Below are positions 37,997 through 47,023 of a DNA stretch of 64,000 nt, piece by piece. The position numbers were made by a program, and so were the translations under genes. Each line of letters starts with the position of its first letter. The stretch's first letter is position 1. This DNA is from an uncultured Gammaproteobacteria bacterium (lineage in GTDB: Bacteria > Patescibacteriota > Patescibacteriia > Veblenbacterales > UBA10138). Under the pieces are notes generated by a model. That model was not told the DNA's origin. It made no database searches and worked only from the letters and a program-made list of their open reading frames with translations. The stretch is taken from the NCBI GenBank assembly GCA_964453605.1, contig CAYVOI010000001.1, positions 804,095 to 868,094 of the forward strand. Reading direction: 5' to 3'.

Positions 37997-38524
37997 ATGA
38001 AGCTCATTGTAGGGTTAGGTAACCCTGGGTCAAAGTACGACTCGACCCGTCACAACCTTGGGTTTATGGTGGTGGACAAATTAATATCAGAGCAGCGGGG
38101 TCTCATGGGTAAACTTATCTCCGTAGAAACTCCGCTAAAACTTATACTAGGGAAAGAAGAGGTGCTATTCCTCAAACCGAAAACCTTTATGAACGAATCG
38201 GGCGCTAGTGTGGCTCAGACGATTAATTTCTATAAAGTTAACCCAACTGACCTGTGGGTGGTACACGACGACCTTGACCTACCGTTCGGTACAGTACGCG
38301 TTTCGTTTAATTCATCTTCTGCTGGGCACCGCGGCGTGGAGAGTATCATTGAGCGCTTAGGCACCAAAGAGTTCCACCGCCTGCGCCTAGGTGTAGGCCG
38401 CCCACCAGAACCTATTCCCGCTGAAGCGTTTGTGCTGCAACCGTTTAGTGCCGAGGAGCAGAAAGCCCTACCTGAAATACTTTCCCAAGCAGTTGCAACA
38501 CTCAAAACGACATTCTCAACCTAA
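37997..38524 (+). CDS. pth: Peptidyl-tRNA hydrolase
   Basis: LIVGLGNPG, TRHNLGF, KPKTFMNESG, HDDLDL, AGHRG. Confidence 0.97.
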   Translation: MKLIVGLGNPGSKYDSTRHNLGFMVVDKLISEQRGLMGKLISVETPLKLILGKEEVLFLKPKTFMNESGASVAQTINFYKVNPTDLWVVHDDLDLPFGTVRVSFNSSSAGHRGVESIIERLGTKEFHRLRLGVGRPPEPIPAEAFVLQPFSAEEQKALPEILSQAVATLKTTFST

Positions 38525-38710
38525 AACAAAAACGCCCCCTAGGGGGCGGACTCTGTGCTTAAGCCTACTTACCAGCGCCTTTGTTTACCGGTAAACCGGC
38601 ACAACGTCGGGCTTTGCAGATTACTCTCGTTAAGGAGGGGTCACAAGAGAACCACTGGCACGTAGGCTCAAACACAGAGTTGTAACCTTATTTCTGTTGA
38701 GTTTTTAAAC

Positions 38711-41700
38711 GTGAGTACGCACATCTTAGCAGCAGAGCCTGGTCTTGTCAAGGCTAAACCCCTAAAGACAGCGGGGGGCCTCGGTGACTACCTCAAGCCA
38801 AGTAAGCTCGCTGCTACCCTTACCTCCAACTTGAGCGCGCAAGCGTTCCTCATCTCTAAGCTCCCTGCCGAGGCCTTCAAGGCCGGGGTGGTGTGGTTTG
38901 TACCCTCGACCCGTGAATTAGCACGCGTCCACACGCTGCTCCGGTTTTTTCTAACATCAAGCAACAGCGTTAGCACCTATACCTTCCCCGAAGACTTCAC
39001 GCCGTGGGTGGTGGCAGGTAGTGAACATAAGCCACGGCTACTCTTGGTGGTGCCCGACCACCTGGACCTAGCGCTGCCGCGGGCAATTACTATCAAACAA
39101 CACAGCAGCACACTTACGGTGGGTGAAGAGTGTACTCCCATGCAGCTACTTAGGCAGCTCGAGGCCGCTGGCTACCAACCTGGGCCGCTGCCTGACAGCA
39201 CGGGGTGGTTTATAAAACAGGGCGGCATGGTGGTGGTGGCGAGTGTAGTTGGGGCTTGGCGCCTAACGTGGAATGGCAACTCGCTTGAGGAAGCTGTACC
39301 TTTAAACCTCGTAAGTAACTTAGCTGGAGCACCACTCCAAGACCTCACCATTCCACCCCACAAGCTAGAACCTGATCCCAAGAGTACCTTGAAGCACTTC
39401 CTCACCCCTGAGCAAACCCTGGTCGCGCTGCCACCTGCGACCAAGGTTACCAGCCACCGGTCGTTCCCCGTTGACCTCATGAGGCCGAGTAAACTCTTTG
39501 GTAGCGTGCCGCTGTTTGGCCGGCAGTGGCTTGAGCTCAAGGGCTACCTCACTACCGAACGAGCCGGAGGGTACGGCCTAAGGGTGCTTACCAGTGAACC
39601 CGGGTTTGTACGAACAAACCTAGGCAGTGAGGTGCAAGGTCTTGAGCTCACCGACGTGCCTCAAGCAGTGGCAGCTGAGCTCGAAGGTTTTCGCGATACG
39701 TTGGGTAAAACCGTTTACCTCACTGACCGCGAACTGGGCTTAGTGGTGAGGCGCCGGCCACGGGCTTCTCTGGCGGCCTTTGAAAGGCTTACCCCTGGCG
39801 ACTACCTGGTGCACATTGACCACGGCATTGGTCGCTTTGCCGGCCTCACCCAGCAGGCTATCGACGGAGTGACCCGCGACTACTTCCAGGTCGCCTACGC
39901 TGATGAGGACAAGCTCTACGTTCCGATTGAACACACTGACCGGCTGTCGCGGTACCTCGGGAGCCCACACCCAAAAATCGAGCGGCTCCACAATGCGAGC
40001 TGGTTTCAGGTCACCAAAAAGGTAAAGCTCGAAACTGCGGCGGTTGCTAAAGAGCTGCTGGCACTCTATGCCAAGCGCCAGGTGGAGCGTGCCACACCCT
40101 GGGCCGGGCAACCAGAAGAAGCGGTGCTGGCAGGGAGCTTCCCCTGGCCCTTAACACCCGACCAACTTAAAGCGTGGGCGGAAATTTGTGCTGACCTCGA
40201 GCGCACCCTGCCCATGGACAGGCTCATCTGCGGCGATGTGGGCTTTGGTAAAACCGAACTGGCGGTGCGCACCGCCGCGCGTGCGGTCTTAAACGGCCAC
40301 CAGGTGGCACTCCTCGCCCCCACTACCATTCTGGCGCAGCAGCACTTCGACACCTTTTCCGAACGCCTCAAAACCATTGGCCTTAACGTCGGCCTTGTCT
40401 CACGCGCCCAAGACCCTAAAACCATACGCGCTACCCTAAAACAAGTGCAGGAGGGCAAGCTCAACGTAGTAGTAGGCACACATCGGCTCCTCGCGCGCGA
40501 TGTTCACTTCCACAACCTTGGACTCTTGATTGTAGATGAGGAACAACGCTTCGGTGTGAAGCAGAAAGAGGAGCTTAGGGCGCTAAAGCCTGCGCTCCAC
40601 GTGCTGTCACTGTCTGCCACCCCCATTCCCCGTACCTTAAACCTGGCGGTGTCGGCACTTCGGGACCTCTCTATTATTTCTACGCCGCCGACTGGCAGGC
40701 AACGGGTGGCTACCACCTTCTGCCCTGACGACCCGTCCACCATCAAACGCGCCGTGACATTTGAACTCGAACGCCAGGGCCAGGTCTACTACCTCGTGAA
40801 CCACGTGGCCGACCTCCCCGCGACTGAGGTACGCCTTAAAAAACTGTTGCCCAAGCTCAAGGTCGGCACCATCCACGGCCGCATGGCGCCAAAAGAAGTG
40901 GCCAAAACTATGCACGCCTTTGACCAGGGCGAGCTCGAGCTGCTACTCGCTACCACTATTATTGAAAACGGCATCGACCTGCCGAACGTGAACACCCTAA
41001 TTGTCGAGGGCGCCGAAAACTTTGGCCTGTCGGACCTGTACCAACTCAAGGGCAGGGTGGGACGAGGTGACACGAGGGCTTTTGCCTACTTCCTAGTTTC
41101 AGACAAGCACAGCGACGCGGCCGCTAAACGCCTCGAGGCACTTTCCCAAGCTGAAGACCTGGGCAGTGGCCTGACCGTGGCCCTGAAAGACCTAGAGCTC
41201 CGGGGGGCAGGCGCCATCTTAGGTAAAGAGCAGCACGGTCAAGTTTCAGCCGTGGGTTTACACCTCTACGGTCAGCTCTTGGCCCAAGCCGTGGAAGAAC
41301 TGCGCACAGGACTCCCTACACCAACTACTCCGGAGGTGCTGCTCCGTCTTCCCCTTGAGGGCAGAATTCATCCAAGTCTTATTCCTGAAGAGCAGGCGCG
41401 GATTCAGGTGTACCAGCGCCTGGCGCACGTGCACGAGCCCAGTGAGCTCAAACCATTGGCAGAAGAACTCATTGAACGGCCATTAGGCCAAGAACCAGAA
41501 GACCGCCTGCTTCTTAACCTGCTCACCCTACTCCAGCTCAAGCTCTACGCTGAGCGCGCGAGGCTTAGGGAAGTGTCTGCCCAAGTCGCAGGAGCCGAAG
41601 GACAGTTCACCTTACGCTTCTTAGAGGCGCCTAAGCCCGAAACCATTGAGCGCCTAACAGCGTTCGACGACCGCTGGCATCAAGTGGAAGGTAGCTGGCA

Positions 41701-41773
41701 AGCCAGCCACCCCTTAGCCGCCGGAGCGTGGATTCCTTGGCTTGAGGAGTGCCTCAAGCAGCTCGCGCGGTAG
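38711..41773 (+). CDS. mfd: Transcription-repair coupling factor, divergent N-terminus
   Basis: PGDYLVHIDHGIGRF (RID), CGDVGFGKTE, DEEQRFG, SATPIPRT, QLKGRVGR, DLELRGAG, TRCF tail. Confidence 0.92.
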   Translation: MSTHILAAEPGLVKAKPLKTAGGLGDYLKPSKLAATLTSNLSAQAFLISKLPAEAFKAGVVWFVPSTRELARVHTLLRFFLTSSNSVSTYTFPEDFTPWVVAGSEHKPRLLLVVPDHLDLALPRAITIKQHSSTLTVGEECTPMQLLRQLEAAGYQPGPLPDSTGWFIKQGGMVVVASVVGAWRLTWNGNSLEEAVPLNLVSNLAGAPLQDLTIPPHKLEPDPKSTLKHFLTPEQTLVALPPATKVTSHRSFPVDLMRPSKLFGSVPLFGRQWLELKGYLTTERAGGYGLRVLTSEPGFVRTNLGSEVQGLELTDVPQAVAAELEGFRDTLGKTVYLTDRELGLVVRRRPRASLAAFERLTPGDYLVHIDHGIGRFAGLTQQAIDGVTRDYFQVAYADEDKLYVPIEHTDRLSRYLGSPHPKIERLHNASWFQVTKKVKLETAAVAKELLALYAKRQVERATPWAGQPEEAVLAGSFPWPLTPDQLKAWAEICADLERTLPMDRLICGDVGFGKTELAVRTAARAVLNGHQVALLAPTTILAQQHFDTFSERLKTIGLNVGLVSRAQDPKTIRATLKQVQEGKLNVVVGTHRLLARDVHFHNLGLLIVDEEQRFGVKQKEELRALKPALHVLSLSATPIPRTLNLAVSALRDLSIISTPPTGRQRVATTFCPDDPSTIKRAVTFELERQGQVYYLVNHVADLPATEVRLKKLLPKLKVGTIHGRMAPKEVAKTMHAFDQGELELLLATTIIENGIDLPNVNTLIVEGAENFGLSDLYQLKGRVGRGDTRAFAYFLVSDKHSDAAAKRLEALSQAEDLGSGLTVALKDLELRGAGAILGKEQHGQVSAVGLHLYGQLLAQAVEELRTGLPTPTTPEVLLRLPLEGRIHPSLIPEEQARIQVYQRLAHVHEPSELKPLAEELIERPLGQEPEDRLLLNLLTLLQLKLYAERARLREVSAQVAGAEGQFTLRFLEAPKPETIERLTAFDDRWHQVEGSWQASHPLAAGAWIPWLEECLKQLAR

Positions 41774-42113
41774 GTGGTTGCTCAGCTTCCCGCTCCCCCG
41801 AAAACAGCTCAATCTGTTTGCCTGACCCAGGCTGCTTGGCAAATTTTTTATGCTGCTCAAGTAAACGCTCGTAAGCGGCGGCGAGACCTGGTGGCACGGG
41901 TAGCTGCTGCTTTTCGAATTCACGAATAGCATCTCGCAGGGGCTCCAACCGACTTTCTACTTCAGCTTTCTGTTCTTTGGCGCTCGCGGTATAGAACTCA
42001 GGCGAGCTTGCCGTATAAAACTCAGGTGGCGGTTCGTGTGGTACGCGATTATCCACCGGTTCAAGAAGTCCGGGGTCTGCTGCGTAGGGTTGCTCAAACG
42101 TTTCCTTGCTCAT
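41754..42113 (-). CDS. Hypothetical charged protein
   Basis: 119-aa ORF with ATG, Glu/Pro-rich, with a short internal PEFYTAS duplication. Confidence 0.55.
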   Translation of the reverse strand: MSKETFEQPYAADPGLLEPVDNRVPHEPPPEFYTASSPEFYTASAKEQKAEVESRLEPLRDAIREFEKQQLPVPPGLAAAYERLLEQHKKFAKQPGSGKQIELFSGEREAEQPPTARAA

Positions 42114-42177
42114 AGAGTAATATAAGCCGCGCTTGACTACATTATACTACTTGTTCTAAGAATACCCTAGCAGCACT

Positions 42178-43281
42178 ATGCCAAACAATGGTACAACCCG
42201 AGCCAGCCAAGCCGACCTTCCCTACTGGGTAGCGCTGGCGCGCTGTTTAAAACTCGGGCCAACGCGATTTGCTAGCCTGCGTGGCGCTTTTGCTACTATG
42301 GCAGAGGCTTGGGCAGCGCCAGCTACCACGCTCAAGCGAGCTGGACTAGACGAAAGCACTGTGCAAGCCCTGCGCGAGCACCGTGAAAAAACCAACGTTG
42401 ACGAAAGTATAGCTGAACTTGAACGCTTGGGGATAAACGCACTCACTATCGCAGACGAACGCTATCCCAAACTCTTAAGCCAAATTTTTGACCCACCCGC
42501 CGTACTCTTTTACCGTGGCAACTTAGAGGCACTCAAAAACAGTGCACTGGCAGTGGTCGGCACGCGCGTATGCACTGCCTACGGCCGCCGCGCTGCGCAC
42601 GAGCTCACCTTAGAGCTAGCACGAAGCGGCCTTGCCATTGTGTCAGGCTTAGCCTATGGCATAGACACCGAAGCTCACCGCGCCGCGCTCGAGGCGGGCG
42701 GCACAACCATTGCGGTACTCGCTGGTGGTTTAGACGACATCTACCCAACGGCCAACCAGGGGCTGGCGCAGAACATAGTAGAGCACGCTGGATTGCTCCT
42801 TAGCGAGTATGCACCAGGCGTGGCCTCCCTGAAACAAAACTTTCCCTACCGTAACCGCATTATTGCCGGGCTCACGCGCGGTACGTTGGTAGTGGAGGGT
42901 GCGCCTGACTCTGGCTCGCTCATTACTGCCAAGCACGCGCTGGAAGCAAACCGCGAGGTGTTTGCGGTGCCTGGGAGTGTGTTCTCCGAGCAGTCAGCCG
43001 GCACTAACGCGCTCCTCAAACTGGGCGCCCACCTGGTTACAAGCGCGCAAGATATTCTGAACGTTTTTGGGCTCGAAGCCACAGTAAAAACAAAACTCCC
43101 CGCCCCAACCGCTGAGCAAGAAGTGTTCCTTAAGCACCTCTCGCACGAACCCATACACATCGACGAGCTGGTGCGGAAGCTTGGCAGGCAGGCCGCCCAA
43201 GTTATGGCCGACATCACCCTGCTCGAAGTGGCAGGATACGTTAAAGACGTTGGCGGACAGAAGTATGTACGTGTTGGCTAA
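42178..43281 (+). CDS. dprA: DNA-processing protein DprA
   Basis: AVVGTR, IVSGLAYGID, FPYRNRIIAGL, SGSLITA, REVFAVPG. Confidence 0.97.
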   Translation: MPNNGTTRASQADLPYWVALARCLKLGPTRFASLRGAFATMAEAWAAPATTLKRAGLDESTVQALREHREKTNVDESIAELERLGINALTIADERYPKLLSQIFDPPAVLFYRGNLEALKNSALAVVGTRVCTAYGRRAAHELTLELARSGLAIVSGLAYGIDTEAHRAALEAGGTTIAVLAGGLDDIYPTANQGLAQNIVEHAGLLLSEYAPGVASLKQNFPYRNRIIAGLTRGTLVVEGAPDSGSLITAKHALEANREVFAVPGSVFSEQSAGTNALLKLGAHLVTSAQDILNVFGLEATVKTKLPAPTAEQEVFLKHLSHEPIHIDELVRKLGRQAAQVMADITLLEVAGYVKDVGGQKYVRVG

Positions 43282-43383
43282 ACCCCGCACCACTTCAGCT
43301 AACGGTATGCAAGGAAATAAGAATGATGAGTTTACAGTCGGGAGCCGAAAAATTGTCCCCTGATGGTAGAAGTGGTGCGGGGT
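43282..43383. repeat. Inverted-repeat element with 15-bp arms ACCCCGCACCACTTC / GAAGTGGTGCGGGGT
   Basis: Perfect 15-bp terminal IRs around a 72-nt spacer, starting right after the dprA stop. Confidence 0.8.
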
Positions 43384-43451
43384 ACATTTGCCAAACTTCT
43401 TGTGGTTATGCTATAACCAACACTGTTTAGTTCAAACGAAATCTTGTACTA

Positions 43452-45674
43452 ATGCCAAAACATAACCTTGTTATTGTAGAGTCCCCCACCAAAGCCAAAA
43501 CCATTGGCCGGTTTTTGGGTTCTGATTTCCAAGTAACCTCGTCCTACGGTCACGTCAGAGACCTGCCTAAATCAAAGCTCGGGGTAGATGTCGACAAAGA
43601 CTTCGCCCCAACCTACGTAGTGCCAGTAAAAGCCAAAAAGGTAGTGGCTGAGCTCAAAGCTGCCGCCAAAAAAGCGCAAACCATTTACCTCGCCACTGAT
43701 GAGGACCGCGAAGGCGAGGCTATTTCCTGGCACCTGGTAGAGCTCTTGGAACCCGCGCCGGACAAAGTGAAGCGCATTACCTTCCATGAAATTACGGAAA
43801 GCGCCATTACCGAGGCGCTCCAAAACCCCCGGGCACTTGACCACCACCTCGTAGACGCGCAGCAAGCCCGGCGCGTGCTGGACCGGCTAGTGGGCTACGA
43901 GCTTTCTCCCTTCCTCTGGAAAAAGGTGGCTAAGGGCCTTTCAGCCGGACGTGTGCAGTCGGTGGCAGTCAGGCTCATTGTGGAGCGTGAGCGCGAAATT
44001 CAAAAGTTCCAGGCGCAAGAGTACTGGACTATCGCTGGGTTATTTAGCAAAGGCAGCGACGAGTTTTCAGCTGAGCTAGTAAAACGTGGGGGGGAAACGC
44101 TCGACAAGTTTGCGCTTGGCAGCGAAGCGCAAGCTACAGCTACAGTTGAGGAGCTGAAGAAGGTAGCGGCCTGGGCCATTTCTAAACTCGAGACCAAAGA
44201 GGTTAAGCGCTCGCCCTCCGCCCCCCACACCACCTCCACCCTGCAGCAAGATGCCAACCGTTCTCTAGGGTTCTCCGCCAAGCAAACCATGACGCTGGCG
44301 CAGCGCCTGTACGAAGGTATGGAGCTGTCGGAAGGCTCGGTCGGTCTTATTACCTACATGCGTACCGACTCCACCAACCTAGCCGACAAGTTCCTCCAAG
44401 AAGCACAAAGCTATATTAAGGAAGAGTTAGGAGAGTCTTATGCCGTTGGCCCGCGCCGCTTTGCCACCAAGAGCAAAAACGCGCAAGAAGCGCACGAGGC
44501 CATACGCCCAACCGACGTACGCCGGCACCCTGACAGTTTAAAAACTATTCTACCATCAGGCGAGTGGCGGCTCTACAACCTTATCTGGCGCCGGGCCGTG
44601 GCGAGTCAGCTGCCAGAAGCCCGCTTTGCCTCTACTACACTCGAGGTAAGTGGCGAAGGTGAAACAGCCACCTTCCGCGCCAACGGCTCCAGGCTCACCT
44701 TTGATGGGTTCCTCAAGGTGCTACAAGAGAAACGCGAAGACCAGGTCTTGCCTGAGCTTACCCAAGGTGACGCTGTGGAGCTTAAAACCTTAACGCCTGA
44801 CCAGCACTTTACCGAACCTCCAGCTCGCTATTCCGAAGCCACACTAGTGAAGGAGCTCGAGAGCTATGGCATTGGTAGGCCCTCAACCTACGCCCCTACC
44901 ATTAGCACTATTATTGACCGTGGCTACGTAGAGCGGCTGGAGCGCCGCCTAAAACCTACCGACCTGGCCATGGTGGTCAACGACCTGCTGGTGGAGCACT
45001 TCCCAGAAATTGTCGACTACGAGTTCACCGCCAAAATGGAAGGCGAACTCGACGATATTGCCGAGGGCAAGGGTGAGTGGGTCCCAATCATACGAGCCTT
45101 CTACCAACCGTTCAAAGGCCACCTCACCGCCAAGTACGAAGAGGTGAACAAGAAAGACGTTACGGAAACAGCTACTGACCAGGTGTGTGAAAAGTGCGGC
45201 AGCCCCATGGTCATAAAAATTGGCCGCTTTGGGAAGTTTATGGCCTGCTCCAACTACCCCACCTGCAAGAACACCAAGAACCTCACTGCGACCGGAGAAG
45301 TGGAAGCTCCCGAAACCACAGACGAAAAATGCCCCGAGTGCCAGAGCCCCATGGTGGTAAAGCGTGGACGCTTTGGTAAATTCTTGGCCTGCTCCAGGTA
45401 CCCTGAGTGTAAGGGGGTAAAAAAGATTGTGAAGTCTACTGGGGTAAAGTGCCCCGAGTGTAAAGAGGGCGATATTGTAGAGAAGCGCAGTAAGCGCGGC
45501 CGCAATTTCTACTCCTGCTCACGTTATCCTGACTGCAAGTTTGCCCTCTGGAGCAAGCCCACCGGCGAGACTTGCCCCAAATGCCAATCACTTTTGGTCT
45601 ACGGTAAAAAAGGTACGGTGGTCTGTTCCAGTAAAACCTGCGACTTTAGTAAAGAGATAGTGACTAACGAGTAG
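43452..45674 (+). CDS. topA: DNA topoisomerase I with C-terminal Zn ribbons
   Basis: LVIVESPTKAKTI, ATDEDREGE, SAGRVQS, ITYMRTDS, C4 Zn-finger repeats. Confidence 0.99.
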   Translation: MPKHNLVIVESPTKAKTIGRFLGSDFQVTSSYGHVRDLPKSKLGVDVDKDFAPTYVVPVKAKKVVAELKAAAKKAQTIYLATDEDREGEAISWHLVELLEPAPDKVKRITFHEITESAITEALQNPRALDHHLVDAQQARRVLDRLVGYELSPFLWKKVAKGLSAGRVQSVAVRLIVEREREIQKFQAQEYWTIAGLFSKGSDEFSAELVKRGGETLDKFALGSEAQATATVEELKKVAAWAISKLETKEVKRSPSAPHTTSTLQQDANRSLGFSAKQTMTLAQRLYEGMELSEGSVGLITYMRTDSTNLADKFLQEAQSYIKEELGESYAVGPRRFATKSKNAQEAHEAIRPTDVRRHPDSLKTILPSGEWRLYNLIWRRAVASQLPEARFASTTLEVSGEGETATFRANGSRLTFDGFLKVLQEKREDQVLPELTQGDAVELKTLTPDQHFTEPPARYSEATLVKELESYGIGRPSTYAPTISTIIDRGYVERLERRLKPTDLAMVVNDLLVEHFPEIVDYEFTAKMEGELDDIAEGKGEWVPIIRAFYQPFKGHLTAKYEEVNKKDVTETATDQVCEKCGSPMVIKIGRFGKFMACSNYPTCKNTKNLTATGEVEAPETTDEKCPECQSPMVVKRGRFGKFLACSRYPECKGVKKIVKSTGVKCPECKEGDIVEKRSKRGRNFYSCSRYPDCKFALWSKPTGETCPKCQSLLVYGKKGTVVCSSKTCDFSKEIVTNE

Positions 45675-45828
45675 GCAGGTCGTTTCAAGAGCCCCGCCGT
45701 GAGGCGGGCTGGCTTTATGCACAGCGCGCAATTGACAGCCAGAACTAGAGGGTGTTACGTAAGAGAAAAGACCTTGGGGCAGCAACCGAAACACACAACC
45801 ACCAGCAACTTTATAAAGGAACGACACT

Positions 45829-46026
45829 ATGACAAACGCCGAGATTTTTGAGGCCGAGATACAACAAGAAATTCGTAAAAAGCGAATTCGCTATGTCACC
45901 TTCGGGATTATCGTTGTAATCATCGTGGTCGTACTGGGCTTACTCACCTACCAAAAAACACAGCACAAAAAGAAAGCTTCATACCTCAAGCCCCAGCGCG
46001 ACACTGCGAGCCTCTACCTCTCATAG
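45829..46026 (+). CDS. Small membrane protein
   Basis: 65 aa with one TM helix; AAGGAA upstream and TTGACA at about 45732. Confidence 0.6.
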   Translation: MTNAEIFEAEIQQEIRKKRIRYVTFGIIVVIIVVVLGLLTYQKTQHKKKASYLKPQRDTASLYLS

Positions 46027-46157
46027 GGGCAAACGAATTTGCAAATCTATCGGAGCGAGGAATACACATTCCTCGCTTTTTGTTCGTGGAACAAAATGTT
46101 TCGTGCCACTTTAAGCCTAAAGTTAGCCAAAACCGCAGGACTACTGTTCCACAACCC

Positions 46158-46203
46158 TTGACAAATAGGGGGGTTGGGAGTATGTTTAATAGTTCTTTAA
46201 CAA
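46158..46203 (+). promoter_or_regulatory. Sigma70 promoter followed by a boxA-like sequence
   Basis: TTGACA (46158), 17 bp, TATGTT (46181); AGTTCTTTAACAA at 46191-46203. Confidence 0.6.
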
Positions 46204-46205
46204 TA

Positions 46206-46417
46206 GCTGCTTCGTCAGCCACCCCGACGGTCATCGGGGTGAGCGCGGAGCGCTCAACAGTCGTACTTCATTCCCACTACCCTGGGGAGGGAGGAGAGTG
46301 CTAAGCAGTAGCAGTTGTTCCGGTGCAAACTGGTACCTGCCACGGGTCTTAGTACTTGGTACGTTCGGGCTTAGGCCCTAAAGTGTACCGTCTCCTGCTC
46401 AGGTTTGTGGGAATGAA
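46206..46417 (+). ncRNA. Candidate structured RNA or long leader
   Basis: Nested stems TTCATTCCCAC/GTGGGAATGAA, AGGAGA/TCTCCT, AGTGCTAAG/CTTAGTACT, CCGGT-GCAA-ACTGG, GGGC-TTAG-GCCC. Confidence 0.55.
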
Positions 46418-46454
46418 AATAACTAATGTTAAACAAAAAGCAAAGGGTACTACC

Positions 46455-46820
46455 ATGAATATCGTAGATAAAATATTGCTCGTTGCCCAAGACCTCAAAA
46501 GTGTAACAAATTGCAACATCAAGGATCTGGAAGCAATCCACAGCCGTGTTATTAGCCTGATTCCCGAGGCTGCCAGAGCCTACGCCTCAGAAGAGGCCGC
46601 CATAAGGGAGTGGGCGTCGGAGTGGATCGTCTATAAGTTAGTTACAGCTGCGACCGACCTCCAAAGTGCTAAGCGGCACCAAGAAGGCCGTACACATATC
46701 GACGGCAACGCTCAGTGGAAGGTAGACTCGGCTCATGACAACTTGTTGCGAGCAATGGCTGCGGCCACACAATTGGAATCGCCATCTATCAAAAACATGG
46801 CGAAACTAATCCTCAACTAA
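46455..46820 (+). CDS. Hypothetical alpha-helical protein (121 aa)
   Basis: Likely start ATG 46455 (MNIVDKILL...); the upstream extension overlaps the structured RNA. Confidence 0.65.
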   Translation: MNIVDKILLVAQDLKSVTNCNIKDLEAIHSRVISLIPEAARAYASEEAAIREWASEWIVYKLVTAATDLQSAKRHQEGRTHIDGNAQWKVDSAHDNLLRAMAAATQLESPSIKNMAKLILN

Positions 46821-46941
46821 CAAGGCACCACGCCGCAAGTGGAAAAAGATACGAGTCTGGTGCTGGCTCGGAATCCAGAATCTCAATCTAATCGTCGAGG
46901 AACCCAAGTTCCAAGTCACCCCAGGTGTCAGTGTCAAAACG

Positions 46942-46975
46942 AAAAGCCCCATCTATAATCGATGAGGGCTTTTTC
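46942..46975 (+). terminator. Intrinsic terminator
   Basis: AAAAGCCC-CATC...GATG-AGGGCTTTTT. Confidence 0.65.
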
Positions 46976-47023
46976 TGTTCCTTGAAAATATTCCCTCATT
47001 ATGCTAGGGTGAAGCGTAACCTT

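Noticed and set aside
46078-46096. TTTTGTTCGTGGAACAAAA as parS near parAB
   Set aside because: It is 3 bp shorter than the 16-bp TGTTNCACGTGAAACA consensus and lacks the CACGTG core.
46080-46454. 74-aa ORF and the N-terminal extension of the 154-aa ORF
   Set aside because: They overlap the promoter and the paired RNA region; ATG 46455 is the more plausible start.
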